Origin: Octopus sinensis
Lineage: Eukaryota
DNA length: 64,000 bases
Direction of reading: 5' to 3'
Assembly (NCBI RefSeq): GCF_006345805.1
Contig: NC_043006.1
Location: 30,442,001 to 30,506,000, forward strand
Positions within the stretch are counted from its first letter, which is position 1; each line of letters opens with the position of its first letter. This document shows positions 21,468-34,110 of this stretch, one piece after another. The translations under genes were made by a program, and so were the position numbers. The notes beneath the pieces were generated by a model that saw nothing but the letters and a program-made list of their open reading frames with translations, was not told the DNA's origin and made no database searches.

Positions 21468-23855
21468 CATCATCATCATCATCATCACCATTTAGCGTCC
21501 GCTTTCCATGCTAGCATGGGTTGGATGGTTCAACTGGGGTCTGTGAAGCCAGAAGGCTGCATCAGGCCCAGTCTGATCTGGCAGTGTTTCTACGGCTGGA
21601 TGCCCTTCCTAACGCCAACCACTCCGTGAGTGTAGTGAGTGCACGGGGGCCAGGCGAGGCTGGCAACGGACACGAGCGGATGGTGCTTTTACGTGCCACC
21701 GGCACAAGGGCCAGGCGAGGCTGGCAACGGACGCGAACGGATGGTGCTTTTTACGTGCCACCGGCACGAGGCCAGTTGGGACGGCGCTGGCAACGGTTAC
21801 GAACAGATGGTTCTCTTACATGCCACCGGCACTGGTAACTCAGCTGCAATTTTCATTGATCGATTTCGATTCTGATCCTCACTTGCCTCAACAGGTCTTC
21901 ACAAGAAGGGAAGGTATGCATACGTAGGCTGGCTCCATCCCATGTAGAAGGCCACAGGTTATGGTCTCACTTGTCCTGCCGAGTCTTCTCACGCACAGCA
22001 TACTTCCAGAGGTCTCGGTCTCTAGTCATTTCCTCAGTGAGACCTAAAGTTCGAAGGTCGTGCTTCACCACCTCATCCCAGGTTTTCCTGGGTCTGCCTC
22101 TTCCACAGGTCCCCTCAACTGCCAGGGTGTGGCACTTTTTCACACACCTATCTTCGTCCATTCTCGCCACATGACCATACCAGCGCAAACGTCTCTCTTG
22201 CACACCATAACTGATGCTTCATAGGTCCAGCTTTTCTCTCAAGGTACTTACACTCTGCCGAGTATGAGTACTGATATTACACATCCATCGAAGCATACTA
22301 GCTTCATTTCTTGCGAGCTTACGCATATCCTCAGCAGTCACGGCCCATGTTTCACTGCCATGTAGCATGGCTGTTCGTACACACGCATCATACAGTCTGC
22401 CTTTTACTCTGTGCAAGAGGCCTTTTGTCACCAGCAGAGGTAAGAGCTCTCTGAACTTTGCCCAAGCTATTCTTACTCTAGCAGTTACACTTTCAGCACA
22501 CCCGCCTCCGCTGCTGACTTGGTCACCTAGGTAACGGAAGCTATCAACTATTTCTAGTTTTTCTCCCTGGAAAGTGACGTTAGTTAGTCTCAGAGCATTT
22601 TCAGTGTTTATTGTTCCTGAGCATCTGCCACATACAAAAACCATTTTCCTAGTTAGCCTTCCTTTGACATTGCTGCACCTCTTATGTGTCCATAGCTTAC
22701 ACTTGGTGCATCTTATAGAGTTTCTACCTACACCTTTTCTACAGATCGAGCAGGGCCATCTACCTGAAGGCGTTTGTGATTTGTCTACCTTCCTACTGAT
22801 TATGACTTTGGTTTTAGCTAGATTGACTCTAAGGCCCTTCGATTCTAATCCTTGTTTCCACACCAGAAACTTCTCCTCCAGTTCTGATAGTTACTCAGCA
22901 ATTAGAGCAAGGTCATCAGCATAGAGGAGCTCCCAAGGGCATCCTGTCTTGAATTCCTCCGTTATTGCCTGGAGGACTATTATAAATAGGAGGGGACTGA
23001 GGACTGAGCCTTGGTGGACCCCTACCTCTACCTGGAATTCTTCACTGTACTCGTTGCCAACCCTCACCTTACTAGCAGCGTCCCTGTACATGGCTCGCAC
23101 AGCTCTCACTAACCATTCATCTATCCCTAGTTTCCTCATTGACCACCAGATAAGGGATCGGGGTACCCTGTCAAAGGCTTTCTCCATGTCAACAAAAGCC
23201 AGGTACAGGGGCTTATCTTTGGCTAGGTATTTCTCCTGCAGCTGCCTTACCAAGAATATAGCATCAGTAGTACTTTTCCCTGGCACAAACCCAAACTGCA
23301 TCTCATCTAAGCTAACTTTCTCTCTGATTAGTTGGGCTATGACCCTCTCCATAACCTTCATCACCTGATCCAACAGCTTGATACCTCTGTAATTATTTGT
23401 ATCTAGGGTGTCACCTTTACCTTTGTAGCAGTTGACTATTATGCTGCTACACCAGTCATTGGGTATGACTCCTTCGTGTATCACCTGATTAACTATACGG
23501 GTGACTAGGCTATAGCTGACACTACCAGACATTTTGAGCATCTCTGCAGTGATTCCTGATGGGCCTGGGGCTTTCCCTGTCTTCATGCTTCTAATTTCCT
23601 TAACTACCAAGGAACTATCAACTCGGATAGCTGGTCCCTCTTTTGGGTCAACATTCGGCAGACTCTCTTTATCCCATTCATTTTCTTTATTCAGCAACCT
23701 TTCATAGTGGCGTCTCCAAACCTCTCTCTTTGCATCCTCATTTAGCGCAAGTGAACCATCTTCCATGCGAACACACTTCTCTCCTACCACATCACGATTC
23801 TCTCTCACACACTGTCTTGCAACGTGAAACACCTCCAGTCTTTGGTCCTCACGGC
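21465..23855 (-). mobile_element. 5'-truncated RTE-type LINE; RT region nearly intact, with two in-frame nonsense codons
   Basis: ORFs 22891-24174, 22219-22863 and 21967-22203 share one frame, broken only by TAA (LIAE*LSEL, 22891-22893) and TGA (LDL*SIS, 22219-22221). RT motifs [25 protein letters not shown]; (GAT)n tail. The upstream part of ORF 22891-24174 is translated microsatellite. Confidence 0.95.
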
Positions 23856-23890
23856 ATACATATGTATGTATATACATACACACACATATA

Positions 23891-23956
<66 letters not shown>

Positions 23957-24189
23957 ATATACATACATACATATATACATACATATACATATATATACAT
24001 ACATATACATATATATATACTTACATATACATATATATATAAACATATATATATATATATACATACATACATACATATACATATATATACATACATACAT
24101 ACATATACATATACATACATATACATATACATACACATATATATATACATACATATACATATATATATAAACATATATATATATATATA

Positions 24190-25451
24190 ACTATAATGTT
24201 AATAAATAATATTTTCAAAGTGATTTCCATCATTTTCAATGCATAACTTGATGCGCCTTGCAAAATTCAGGTGAACTTGATTAAATAAGTCTACATTGCC
24301 ATCAATTTCAGCACACTGACTGGTAATGCGTTCTCTCATGTGTTTTAAATCTGTAATCTTTATTGTTATCTTTCTCTTTCAACATATCCCAGAAAAAGAA
24401 ATCAAGGGGTGAAAGGTTTGGTGAATGAGGGGACCTTTCCATATGACCCCTTCTTCCAATCCAATGAGGAAAAGTGTCATTAAGCCAATCTCTAACAGTT
24501 GTGGCAAAATGTGTAGGGGCCCCATCCTGCTGAAACCAATTCGGAAGGCCCTTGCCTAGGCGCTCAATTTGAGATATTAATTTGTCTCTCAATATGTTTA
24601 CATAAGTCTCATCCATTACATGTTCAATGAAGAAGGGTCCTAGAACATGAGCTTTCCACAAACCACACCACACTATCACCTTTTTGCTGCCTTGCTGTTT
24701 GGATGGATCCATCCAATGTGGATTACCTCGAGACCAGTATAGAAGATTCTGTCTGTTGACCTCACCATTTACATAAAACGTAGCTTTGTCACTAAACAAC
24801 ACAAAGTTTTTCGTAAAATTGATATTTTCATCCAATTTATCTGAAAACCATTCGCACGTCTACATTCGTCTATCAGGGTCGTCTTCATTTAAGTGATGCA
24901 ATATCTGTAGGTTGTATCGATGAAACTTTTCCTCAACCAGCATTTTGTGGATGGTTGGTTTTGGAACACCTAACACCGTGGATGTCTGATGAAGTGATTT
25001 CTTTGGGCTAGCAGAAACTTTAGCCATGACAGCCTCTTTCGTTTCATCTGAAGTCTTTGGTCGCCCGGAACGGGGTTTATGCAAAACACTGCCTGTTTCT
25101 TTAAATTTCTTGATCAATTTCCCAATGGCTGTAAAAAAAATAGGTTGCCTATAAGGGTGTCGAAGATTAAATTCTTCTGCAATTTTGCGATAAGACCATC
25201 CCTCTCGTCCACTTAATAATACTAACTCGATTCTTTCTTCTTTAGACAGATCCATCATTCAATCTGGGATTCTTTCTTCTTTAGACAGAGCCATCATTCG
25301 ATCATCTGTAGAAAAAATAACATATAAATTTAGAAAAGTAAAGTATTTTTTTTATTTAATTTAAACAAAAGTAAAAAAGGAAAATTATTATTTCTTATAT
25401 TTGTTTATGTTATGATTTTATTCCATGTACCCAGACTTCGTGGACACCCTA
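24190..25451 (-). mobile_element. Decayed Tc1/mariner element of rosa (DD41D)-like type
   Basis: HTH ORF 24860-25258 (RSGRPK). DDD ORF 24308-24835 (FSDKATF, WFQQDGAPTH, SPNLSPLDFFFW); 40 residues counted between the 2nd and 3rd D in this copy. TIR-like end AGGGTGTCCACG at about 25421-25450; the other end was not found. Confidence 0.85.
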
Positions 25452-25479
25452 AAATTGCTTTGATTAAGTATCCAAGGAG

Positions 25480-26534
25480 CATTTAAGGCACATATAATTC
25501 TTTATGAGTACAATAAAGGTAACTGCAGCCGAAGTGACTCAAAACATACACTCAGTTTATGGGAAAGTGCTTGAATGAAAGAACTTGCAGGAGATCGTTT
25601 GCAAAATTGAAGATGAAGATCGAATAGGATGTCCAATTGAGTTTGATGATAAGCTCCTTGAGGCGTTACTTGAAGAAAATCCCTCATCATCAGTTGAAGA
25701 ATTGGCAATAAAGCTTACTTCAAACCATACAACAGTTCATCGTTATCTTCAACAACGTGGAAAGATTCCTAAACTTGGAAAATAGGTGCCTCATGTATTG
25801 TCCGAAAGCAACTGCAAATCCCGAGTTGACATCTGCTCTTCTCTCTATTCTCGCAAACCCGTTTCACCCTTTTTCGATAGACTTGTGACGAAAAAAAGAT
25901 TTTCTATCGAAATGTTAAACGTCGTAAACAGTGGCTTGGTAAAAGGGAAAATGCTCAACCACAACCGAGAAGGGAACTTCATGGGAAAAAGGTTCTACTC
26001 TATCTGGTGCGATTGCAAAGGCATAATTCACTTTATATTGTTACCATCTAATGCAACAATCAATGCTCAAGCCTACTGTCAGCAATTAGAGCGTTTGAAC
26101 CAAGCTTTGAAGGAAAAAAGAGCCGCTTTAGTGAGTCAAAAACGAGTGATGTTTCATCAGGACAATGTGCAAACCCACACTGCAAAGATCACATCACAGA
26201 AGATCGAAGAGGTCGGTTTGGAAAAATTTCTTCATCCAACTTATTCTCTCGACCTTACTCCTTCAGGATACCATTTGTTTCATAGTTTACAGAATTATTA
26301 GGGGGACACAACTTTCGCAAGCCAGGGGGAGGTCGAACCTGACATTTCAGAGTTCTTTGCTTTGAAACCAAAAGAGTTTTACATTGATAGGATTAAAAAG
26401 CTTGTAAATAGATGGAAGTAAGTCATAGATAATCAGGGAAAGTACATTGATAATTAACTTTCAATTAAATATAACATTTGATCACTTGGATTCTTTATCC
26501 AAAATTCGGACAGAACTTATGGGATGACCTGAGA
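25480..26534 (+). mobile_element. Decayed mariner (DD34D-type) transposon
   Basis: VPHVLS; HQDN..H; HPTYSLDLTPSGYHLF, with 34 residues to the (mutated) third D; right TIR-like GGACAGAACTTATGGGATGACCT near 26508-26530. Confidence 0.88.
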
Positions 26535-26724
26535 TATATACACTGGCGAAAATATATTTAAGACCGACGATAAAAGTTCTATTTCTTACAAAATATTTTG
26601 TTACTAGCACCATACAAATTATTTATATCTTTTACACCTTATGCAAAATTTATTTCTCTTTCGAATGATGCAAACAATTTTTATACAGCTTGAAGAATTC
26701 TAATGCTAAATTAATATATATTTC

Positions 26725-26886
26725 TTTACTACCCACAAAGGGGCTAAACATAGAGGGGACAAACAAGGACAGACAAACGGATTAAGTCGATTACATCGAC
26801 TCCAGTGGGTAACTGGTACTTAATTTATCGACCCCGAAAGGATGAAAGGCTAAGTCGACCTCGGCGGAATCTGAACTCAGAACGTA
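26725..26886 (-). mobile_element. SINE with Nin-like central domain
   Basis: Minus strand TTACGTTCTGAGTTC...CCTTTCATCCTTTCGGGGTCGATAAATTAAGTACCAG; closely matches 48873-49038. Confidence 0.8.
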
Positions 26887-27150
26887 ATATAAACGTTTCA
26901 AATTTACCGACAAAATTAGTTTAAGACCATGTAATACGAGAATTTTAATGGAGATAACCTGCAGTATATAGTACAACATTTTTGTCTCCGTATATGAGCT
27001 AAGTATTAATAAAATGTGGTTTATGATAAAAATTTCGGATATTTGTCTTAAAACATTCAGACAAGAAAATTCAGATGTAGCACATGAGATATTATTCCAT
27101 ATGAATATACACATATTTATGTTAAGAGTTTCATGATAAAAATATAGAAA

Positions 27151-27720
27151 TATTGGGTTGTCCGGAAAGTTCATGCCGATTTATAGTAGCTTATCTTTCG
27201 GCTTATTTTAGAACATGTTTGAGTTCATAAAATAGGATTTGACTACACCTCCATTTAGAGCACAGTTTAAGCTATCTTTTCGTGGAAGAAGGTTTATGTT
27301 CCTATAACCTGTGTTAATTCTGTAACCCTTTAAAATAAAAGACAAGAAAGTTCATTTTCGGCACTTGATGCTTTGGGAACCTGACAAAAATTGCTGCAGC
27401 TCGGCTGGGATGTGTTACCCCCACCCTCCCTATTCCCCAGATATTGCTCCTTCGGATTTCCACTTATTCAGGTCTCTACAGAAAAGTCTTAATGGTAAAA
27501 ATTTCAATTCCTTAGATGACGTAAAAAGATACCTTGACGAATTCTTTGCCTTGAAACCACCCCAATTCTGGGAAGAGGGTATTTTCAAGGTAAAGGAAAG
27601 ATGGAGACGTATTGTGCAACGAAATGGTTCAGAATTGGTTCATTAAAAATGTAATGGCAAGTATTTAGTGACCTTTGCTTTCCTTTAAAAATTGGAATGA
27701 ACTTTCCGGACAACCCAATA
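27151..27720 (+). mobile_element. Internally deleted mariner with both TIRs and a TA target duplication
   Basis: TA-TTGGGTTGTCCGGAAAGTTCAT... and ...ATGAACTTTCCGGACAACCCAA-TA. An N-terminal start (KVHFRHLMLWE) is fused to the C-terminus HPPYSPDIAPSDFHLFRSL. Confidence 0.92.
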
Positions 27721-28029
27721 TAAACATAACAATGAAATACGAATATAAACATGAAAAATAAAAACCTAAATTGAAAGAGGCGATTAAAATTTTTTTTCTA
27801 ACCTGCAGCCGTTTCAGAAAAGTGGTTGTACGAAGTATTCGAAATTCAACCCTTCTTCCTCAGGGTTCCTTTCTCGAGGTAAAATCCAGCAAAAAGCATT
27901 AAGGCACTACAAGGTGAGTATTCAGTTGGTGAAAGTTCAGTTTTTGAGTATCGATGAATAAGTAACAGATTTTCAAGAGGATTACCACGTTTAAATAAGA
28001 AATGAAATCCCAAACATACATATTGGAGA

Positions 28030-28930
28030 CCACAGACTACAGGAGGTGGAGAAGTTTACCTATCTTGGTTCTACCGTCACCTACAACCTATCCCTTAATG
28101 CTGAGCTCAATATATGCATTGGCAAGGCAGCTGCTGTAATGGCCCAACTCTCCAAACAGGCATGGGACAACAATAAGCTGACCAAGACCCCAAAAATGAA
28201 GATTTACCAGGCATGTGTACTTAGCACTCTACTGTATGGAAGTGAGACTTGGACGCCATACACACGCCATACGACGCCATACGTCGCCTAAATATCTTTC
28301 ACCTGCGCTGCCTCCAGAAAATCCTTCGCATCAAATGGCAGAATCATGTCCCCAACAAAGATGTCTTCAAGCAAGCAGGAATACCAAGCATGTTTGCACT
28401 CCTCACACAAAGACATATGAGATGGCTTGGACATGTTAGCTGCATGGAAGATAGCAGAATCCCCAAGGACATACTCTTCGGAGAGCTTGCTAGGGGCACT
28501 AGGTCTGTGGGAAAACCGTTCTTACGATACAAGGATGTTTGCAAAAGGGACATGAATGCCTGCAACATCAATATTACCAACTGGGAAGCAGTTGCCAGAA
28601 ACCGTGGAAATTGGCGATGTACCGTAAAAGAGGGAACACAAAGGAGTGACATAGAGGGAGAGGAGAAATGGAAAGACAAGAAAAGACAACAACAAGAAAG
28701 TATGACATTACAACCAGCCAGGCAAACTCTTCGCTACATTTGCGGCACTTGCCAGAGGGAGTGTTTGTCCAGGATAGGACTACACAGCCACAGCAGGAAA
28801 TGTATTAGTACATGAAATGTATTAGTACATGAAATGTATTAGTACATGAAATGTAAAAGCCGGACTAGATTATTTTATGCGGAACTCCATTGTATCCCGA
28901 GACAAAAAGGATGCCAACAACAATATATAT
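28030..28930 (+). mobile_element. RTE/BovB-like LINE 3' fragment with C-terminal C2H2 finger
   Basis: FTYLGS, LLYGSETWT, MRWLGHV, RIPKDILFGEL, RYKDVCKRDM, CGTC..GLHSH motifs, with one frameshift. Confidence 0.88.
28797..28855 (+). repeat. Exact 17-bp tandem repeat GAAATGTATTAGTACAT, three copies plus an 8-bp partial
   Basis: Direct inspection; overlaps the BovB-like ORF stop. Confidence 0.95.
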
Positions 28931-29204
28931 GGATTTCGTAGACAGGAACTGAAACAAATCAATCGTATATATATGTATATATGTAAGTGTATGTGTGTGT
29001 CTTTGTGTCTGTGTTTCGCCCTCATCACTCCTTCACAACTGCTGTTCATTTATTTACATCCACAAAAAATACTGATTTCACAAGAACAAACTAATAGAAT
29101 AAGTACTAGGTTTATCAACATAAAAAAGCACTAGGCTGTGTCTCATATTTTTGTTTGCCCACTCAGTTGTATCTATCAATTTATCTTTGTGTGTGTGTGT
29201 ATCT

Positions 29205-29256
<52 letters not shown>

Positions 29257-30137
29257 CACCCTAATGGGAGCCTTACCTCCCAAATTTTAGTCATTTCTTT
29301 TATGATCCAAAACTAGGTCAAAAGTACTGAATGGATCTTTATGAAATTTGGAAATTATATTCTAAGCATAAGGGTCATAACCCCCATGACAATTCATATA
29401 TTTTTTGCTGTTGATGAAATTTTAACCATAGATATTAGACACAAATGAAGTAATATTTATAAAATTTCATCTTCTTACAAAGTTAGAAAGACCCCCTCCA
29501 TGGGGCCTTAACACCCACAATTTTGTCATTTTATCTAAGCAAAAACGAATATAGTTGTGCTCTTGGAAGCTGTAGGGTTACCCGAGCATAAAAGTTGGGC
29601 ATTATTTCTAATTCAATGGTACAACAGTGTAACAGTTTGCTTTGACATACACTTACATTGTGATTTCTGTAATGTGGTGCATAAATTGTTAAGTAAATGA
29701 GAGGCATCTTTGTCTCCACTGATTCAGTTGCAAAGTGTTGAGTAAAGTTATTTGATTGCAGACCTCCTTTCAGTCTTTTTATTATCACTCGGTCACACAT
29801 AGTCCCCAGATGGTAACATTGATTACAAGGCCTTCCCAGATGAGTGACTGGTTATTCAAAGACATTTATAGATTTTAAATTTATTCTGTCCAGTTACGTA
29901 TCAGTATAGTGGTCATTTCAAACTCCAGAGGTGACACTTTAATTTCTTCTTAGCCCTTACGTCACACAGTTGTTAATATTGATTTCAGTTGGGTCACGCC
30001 CTTCCAATTGCTATAGATTTGTAATGCATCTTATGGCTGTGCCTGTCACCTGGATGGTGAGGAATCCTACATTGGGAGTGGTAACGACTAGGGTAGGGTA
30101 ACTGACTGCTTATTGTGATCATTCGTCTTTTGGTTTC

Positions 30138-30550
30138 CATGTGGCATGATTACAATTTTTTTAGGGTGTGTAAAGAGGGAAATAACCCTCATCTGCAATT
30201 TTGATGAAATTCGAAACATAGATATTCCAGTTCATTCAGAAAATATAACAGAAAAGTCTAATTCTTCAATTGAATGTAACCGGGCAACGCCAGGTATCTC
30301 TGCTAGTATATATGTATATAAAACTGAGAATGTGTATCTGTCTGTCTGTCTGTCTGTGTGAATCCCTAAAACTTGAGAACTACACAACCAATTTCATTCA
30401 AGTTTTACACATACCTTACTTAGGGTCCATGGGTTGTTATGGGCGAAAAAATGTTTAACTTCTTGCCTAGGGCGAGCCCACAGCAATATCTCATCTTCTC
30501 CACTATTTCAGTATTACGTGTTAAAAGTGAAACAAAAGCATCTCTCTATT
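30138..30550 (+). mobile_element. Helitron/Helentron-like elements head-to-tail: 3' end (to 30307) followed by a new 5' part (from 30320)
   Basis: CCGGGCAACGCCAGG hairpin plus CTAGT at 30280-30307. The 5' part matches 10722-10990, and the 3' part matches 34380-34551. Confidence 0.55.
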
Positions 30551-30562
30551 GTATGTATATGG

Positions 30563-30596
<34 letters not shown>

Positions 30597-30599
30597 GAA

Positions 30600-32696
30600 A
30601 TGAAGAAAATGCTGACAAAATAATTTAAGTAGGGGAGAGTGTATTTAATTAGGTGAAAGTTCTTTTTACCGGTTGCGCATTTGTTATGCTTATCAAAAGA
30701 TATTTTTTAAGAGAGATAGAGTTCCTTTCTGATAGATTTTTTTCTCTTATCTGACTTTATGTTGGGTTTGCTGTCTCTTATATGTGAAAAAAGAGGCTCC
30801 AGAGTTGTTTAAGATTTGCTTGGTTTCGCGCCTAAAATTTCTTGTGGACAATGGTCAATACAATTTTGATTGGTCATTATAAAGGGGTCACGTGAATGTT
30901 TGAATGGAAGTTGGTGTTGGGGTAAGAAAATAGGCTCCAGAGATGCTAAAATTTGGCTAGTGTCGCGCCTAAAATTTCTTATTGGTCATAATAAAGAGGT
31001 CACATGGATGTGGTCATAATAGAGAGGTCACGTGAATGTTTAGAATGAATGTTGGTGTGGGTAGTGTATGGAGTTTTCGAAAATAGCGTTGTTGAAAATT
31101 CTTATTGTTCAGACTGGTCAGTAGACGTCATGTGGATATTTTAAATAGCTTTTTATTGCGTAGTTAAGGAGTATATTTTCCGCTTGACTGAATTTGAGCT
31201 GGATAAGTAAGTTCGTTTAGGACAGGAAGAGCTATATGTATGTGTGTGCGTGTGTGTGTGTGTTTATATGTATGTTGGGGCGCGCGCGTGTATATATGTG
31301 TGCGTGTGTGGGTACAATTTTCAATATTTATAGTTCTGCTGGCCTTGTGCCTGTATCGGGAAGCAACGTGTTTGTGTGAAGTCAATATTTACAGTCATTT
31401 CCAAAAAATAGTGTTGGATGTTTTGCACCCGTATCAAATTACGTGTATGTGTGGAACCATATATTTGCGTGTGTCATGGTGTTAATATCTGGGTAAAAGT
31501 GTGTGTGCAGGTGTAAGTGTGTTTGTTGTGGGTTCGTGTTAGGGGAATGTGTTTAGAAGTGGTCTGTATTTATTAATAAGGTGGGATTCCATGGTTATTC
31601 ACTGGGTATAAGTGTCATTGTCTTTAAATTTGTAGAGGGGAAAGATTCTAAAATTGGGATGAAGTTGTGTGGCACAGGTATCAATATGTGCACTAAGTAC
31701 TATTTTTCTGTATTCCTGTATTTTTATTTGGGATCTGTGGACAGTCATGCATTGGCGGAGACTATTTTTAGTTTGGCCTATGTAGTGTTCATTACAGCCC
31801 GAGCAAGTTAAGACATATACTAGGTTTTCTGATGCGCATGTGAAGTTGTGTTTTACTGTGAAACGTTGTCCTTGGTTAAAAAGGAATTCCAGACCTTCTA
31901 TTAGGTTGATGCATATACCACAGTCAGGTCTATTGCATTTGTTTACTGTGGGTTTAGTTGTTGTGGTTGGCAGTACTTTGGCATTTGTTAGGATGGTTTT
32001 CAATGATTTGGGTTGCCTTTTGCTCTTTATGATTTCGTGTGTTAGGAGGATTTGGTTCATTCTATGGTCCTTTTTTAATACAGGAATGTTCTGGAGGATG
32101 GTGTCAAAAGCTTCATTGTTGAGGGGGTTGTGTGTAGAGATGTATGGTAGAGTATGGGGTTTCGATGTAACAGGTTTAGGGCGTCTAAGTTCCTGTGTGC
32201 TGAGTTTTAGGGCGCATTGGATCCCATTGTCAATTAGTGAGGTGGGGTAATCCCTGCTTGTTAATGTGTCCTTAAGTTCTTGTAGACGTAAGAGACGGGT
32301 GTTTTTATTGGAGACTATAGTGCAAATTCTCTTGGTTAAGTTGTAGGGAATGTTAATTTTAACGTGTCTAGGGTGGCATGAATTGAAAGGGAGGTATTGC
32401 TTGGAGTCTGTGGGCTTGTAGTATATGTCTGTTTCTATTTTTTTGTTGTGAATTTTAATGAGGATGTCGAGGAAGGGAATTTATTGAGGGCTGTATTCCA
32501 TTGTGAAAATAATGTTTCTGTTGAGCCCATTTATAAGGGTGTGAAATTCTTTAAGCTTCTCGACGGTTTCGGGCCAAAGGATGAAGCAGTCATCAAGATA
32601 TCTCTTCCAGTTCTTCTCTATGTGTGTGTGGAGAGTGGTGCCAAATTGGTTAAGAACGTTATTATAGAGTAGTGGTGCCAAATTGGTTAAGAACGT

Positions 32697-32703
<7 letters not shown>
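30600..32703 (-). mobile_element. 5'-truncated Penelope-like element (end of RT plus GIY-YIG endonuclease)
   Basis: KRYLDDCFILW RT motif near 32590-32620. ORF 31599-32060 has CNRPDCGIC..LVYVLTCSGC..YIGQT..MTVHR (GIY-YIG). Imperfect tandem repeats in the 3' region at 30795-31070. Confidence 0.9.
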
Positions 32704-32755
<52 letters not shown>

Positions 32756-32899
32756 TGTATATATATGGATTGTATATGTATACATGTATTTCTATAGATA
32801 TATATGTATACATGTATATCTAGATGTATATATATAAATAGATGTACACATATATATATACACATATACACACCTATACACACACACACACACATACAG

Positions 32900-33300
32900 A
32901 GGTGCAGGTATGGCTGTGTGGTAACAAACTTGGTTCCAAAACACATGGTCCACAGTTCAGTCCCACTGTGTGGTAACTTGGCATGTGTCTTCTGCTATAG
33001 CCGCAGACCAACCAAAGCCTTGTCAGTGGATTTTGTAGACAGAAACTGAAAGAAATCAATTGTATGTATATGTATGTATATATGTAAGTCTATGTGTGTG
33101 TCTTTGTGTTTCTCCCTCATCACTGCTTCACAACTGGTGTTCGTTTATTTACATCCCCATAACTTACTGGTTTCACAAGAAGAAACCGATAGAATAAGTA
33201 CCAGGCTTATCAAAATATAAAAAAGCACGATGCAGTGTCTCATATTTTTGTTTGCCCACTCAGTTGTATCTATCAATTTATCTTTGTGTGTGTGTGTGTG
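32900..33300 (+). mobile_element. tRNA-derived SINE with extended 3' portion (shared with 28950-29200)
   Basis: GGTGCAGGTATGGCTGTGTGGTAA / AGTTCAGTCCC boxes; the downstream 270 bp align with 28950-29200. Confidence 0.75.
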
Positions 33301-33404
33301 TGTATACACACACGTACACATATATATATACATATATGGATTTTATAGACAGGAAATGAAACAAATCAATTGTATATATATGTATGTATATATGTAAGTG
33401 TATG

Positions 33405-34110
33405 TGTTTTGGTATTGGCAACATGAATGACAATGGTCAGAGACTACTTGAATTTTGCACATACCATAATCTGTGCATCACTAACACATTCTTTGCCAAC
33501 AAGACATTCCACAAGGCATCTTGGAGACATCCAAGATCTCCCCACTGGCATCAGCTGGATCTCATCATTACACGAAGATCCTTTCTGAATTCTGTTCAAC
33601 TGACCCATAATTACCACAGCGTGGATTATGACATTAATAAGAAGCAGGGCGAGGATTCTGCCTAAAAAAGTCCATCACTCCAAGAAAATGGGCCGACTAC
33701 GCATTAACACTGCCAGAACCTTGGACCCTACACTGCAAAAATGTTTTGCTGTTTCTATCAAAGTTGCTCTCAATAGCTGCCTAACCTCCTCTGCTGAAAG
33801 TAGGTGGAATTATATCAGGGAAGTTTTGTATACCACATCAATAGATACTTTCGGCATGAGAGAAAGGCAAAACCCAGATTTTGTTCAGTGCTGGAAACAG
33901 TTATCGAAGCAAAGCATGCAGCTCTGAGGCAATACAAGAGTGATTCTTCTACAAAGTCACTCGAAGAACTCAGAAAGGCAAGAAATAAAACCCAACTGAC
34001 TGCCAGACGCTGTGCAAATAGTTATTGGCAGGAAATCTGTCAGAGTATCCACTCAGCTGCTGACAGTGGTGACACCTGAGGGATGTATGCCGGTTTGAAG
34101 AAGGCCCTTG
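33405..34110 (+). mobile_element. RTE/BovB-like LINE fragment (APE endonuclease to linker)
   Basis: GIGNMNDNGQRLLEFC..LCITNTFF..SWRHPRS.HWHQLDLIITRR. Confidence 0.85.

Noticed and set aside
17803-21629. Many long ORFs rich in Y/I/H/T or M/Y/V/C (up to 288 aa)
   Set aside because: They are translations of (TA)n/(TACA)n microsatellites, which lack stop codons in some frames; not genes.
28797-28855. Exact 17-bp repeats resembling a CRISPR array
   Set aside because: No spacers, no cas genes, eukaryotic context; a simple tandem duplication.
29540-30130. Complex-looking non-repetitive segment with an 89-aa ORF
   Set aside because: No recognisable motif in any frame by eye, and stops are frequent; probably a decayed TE, but it could not be assigned.
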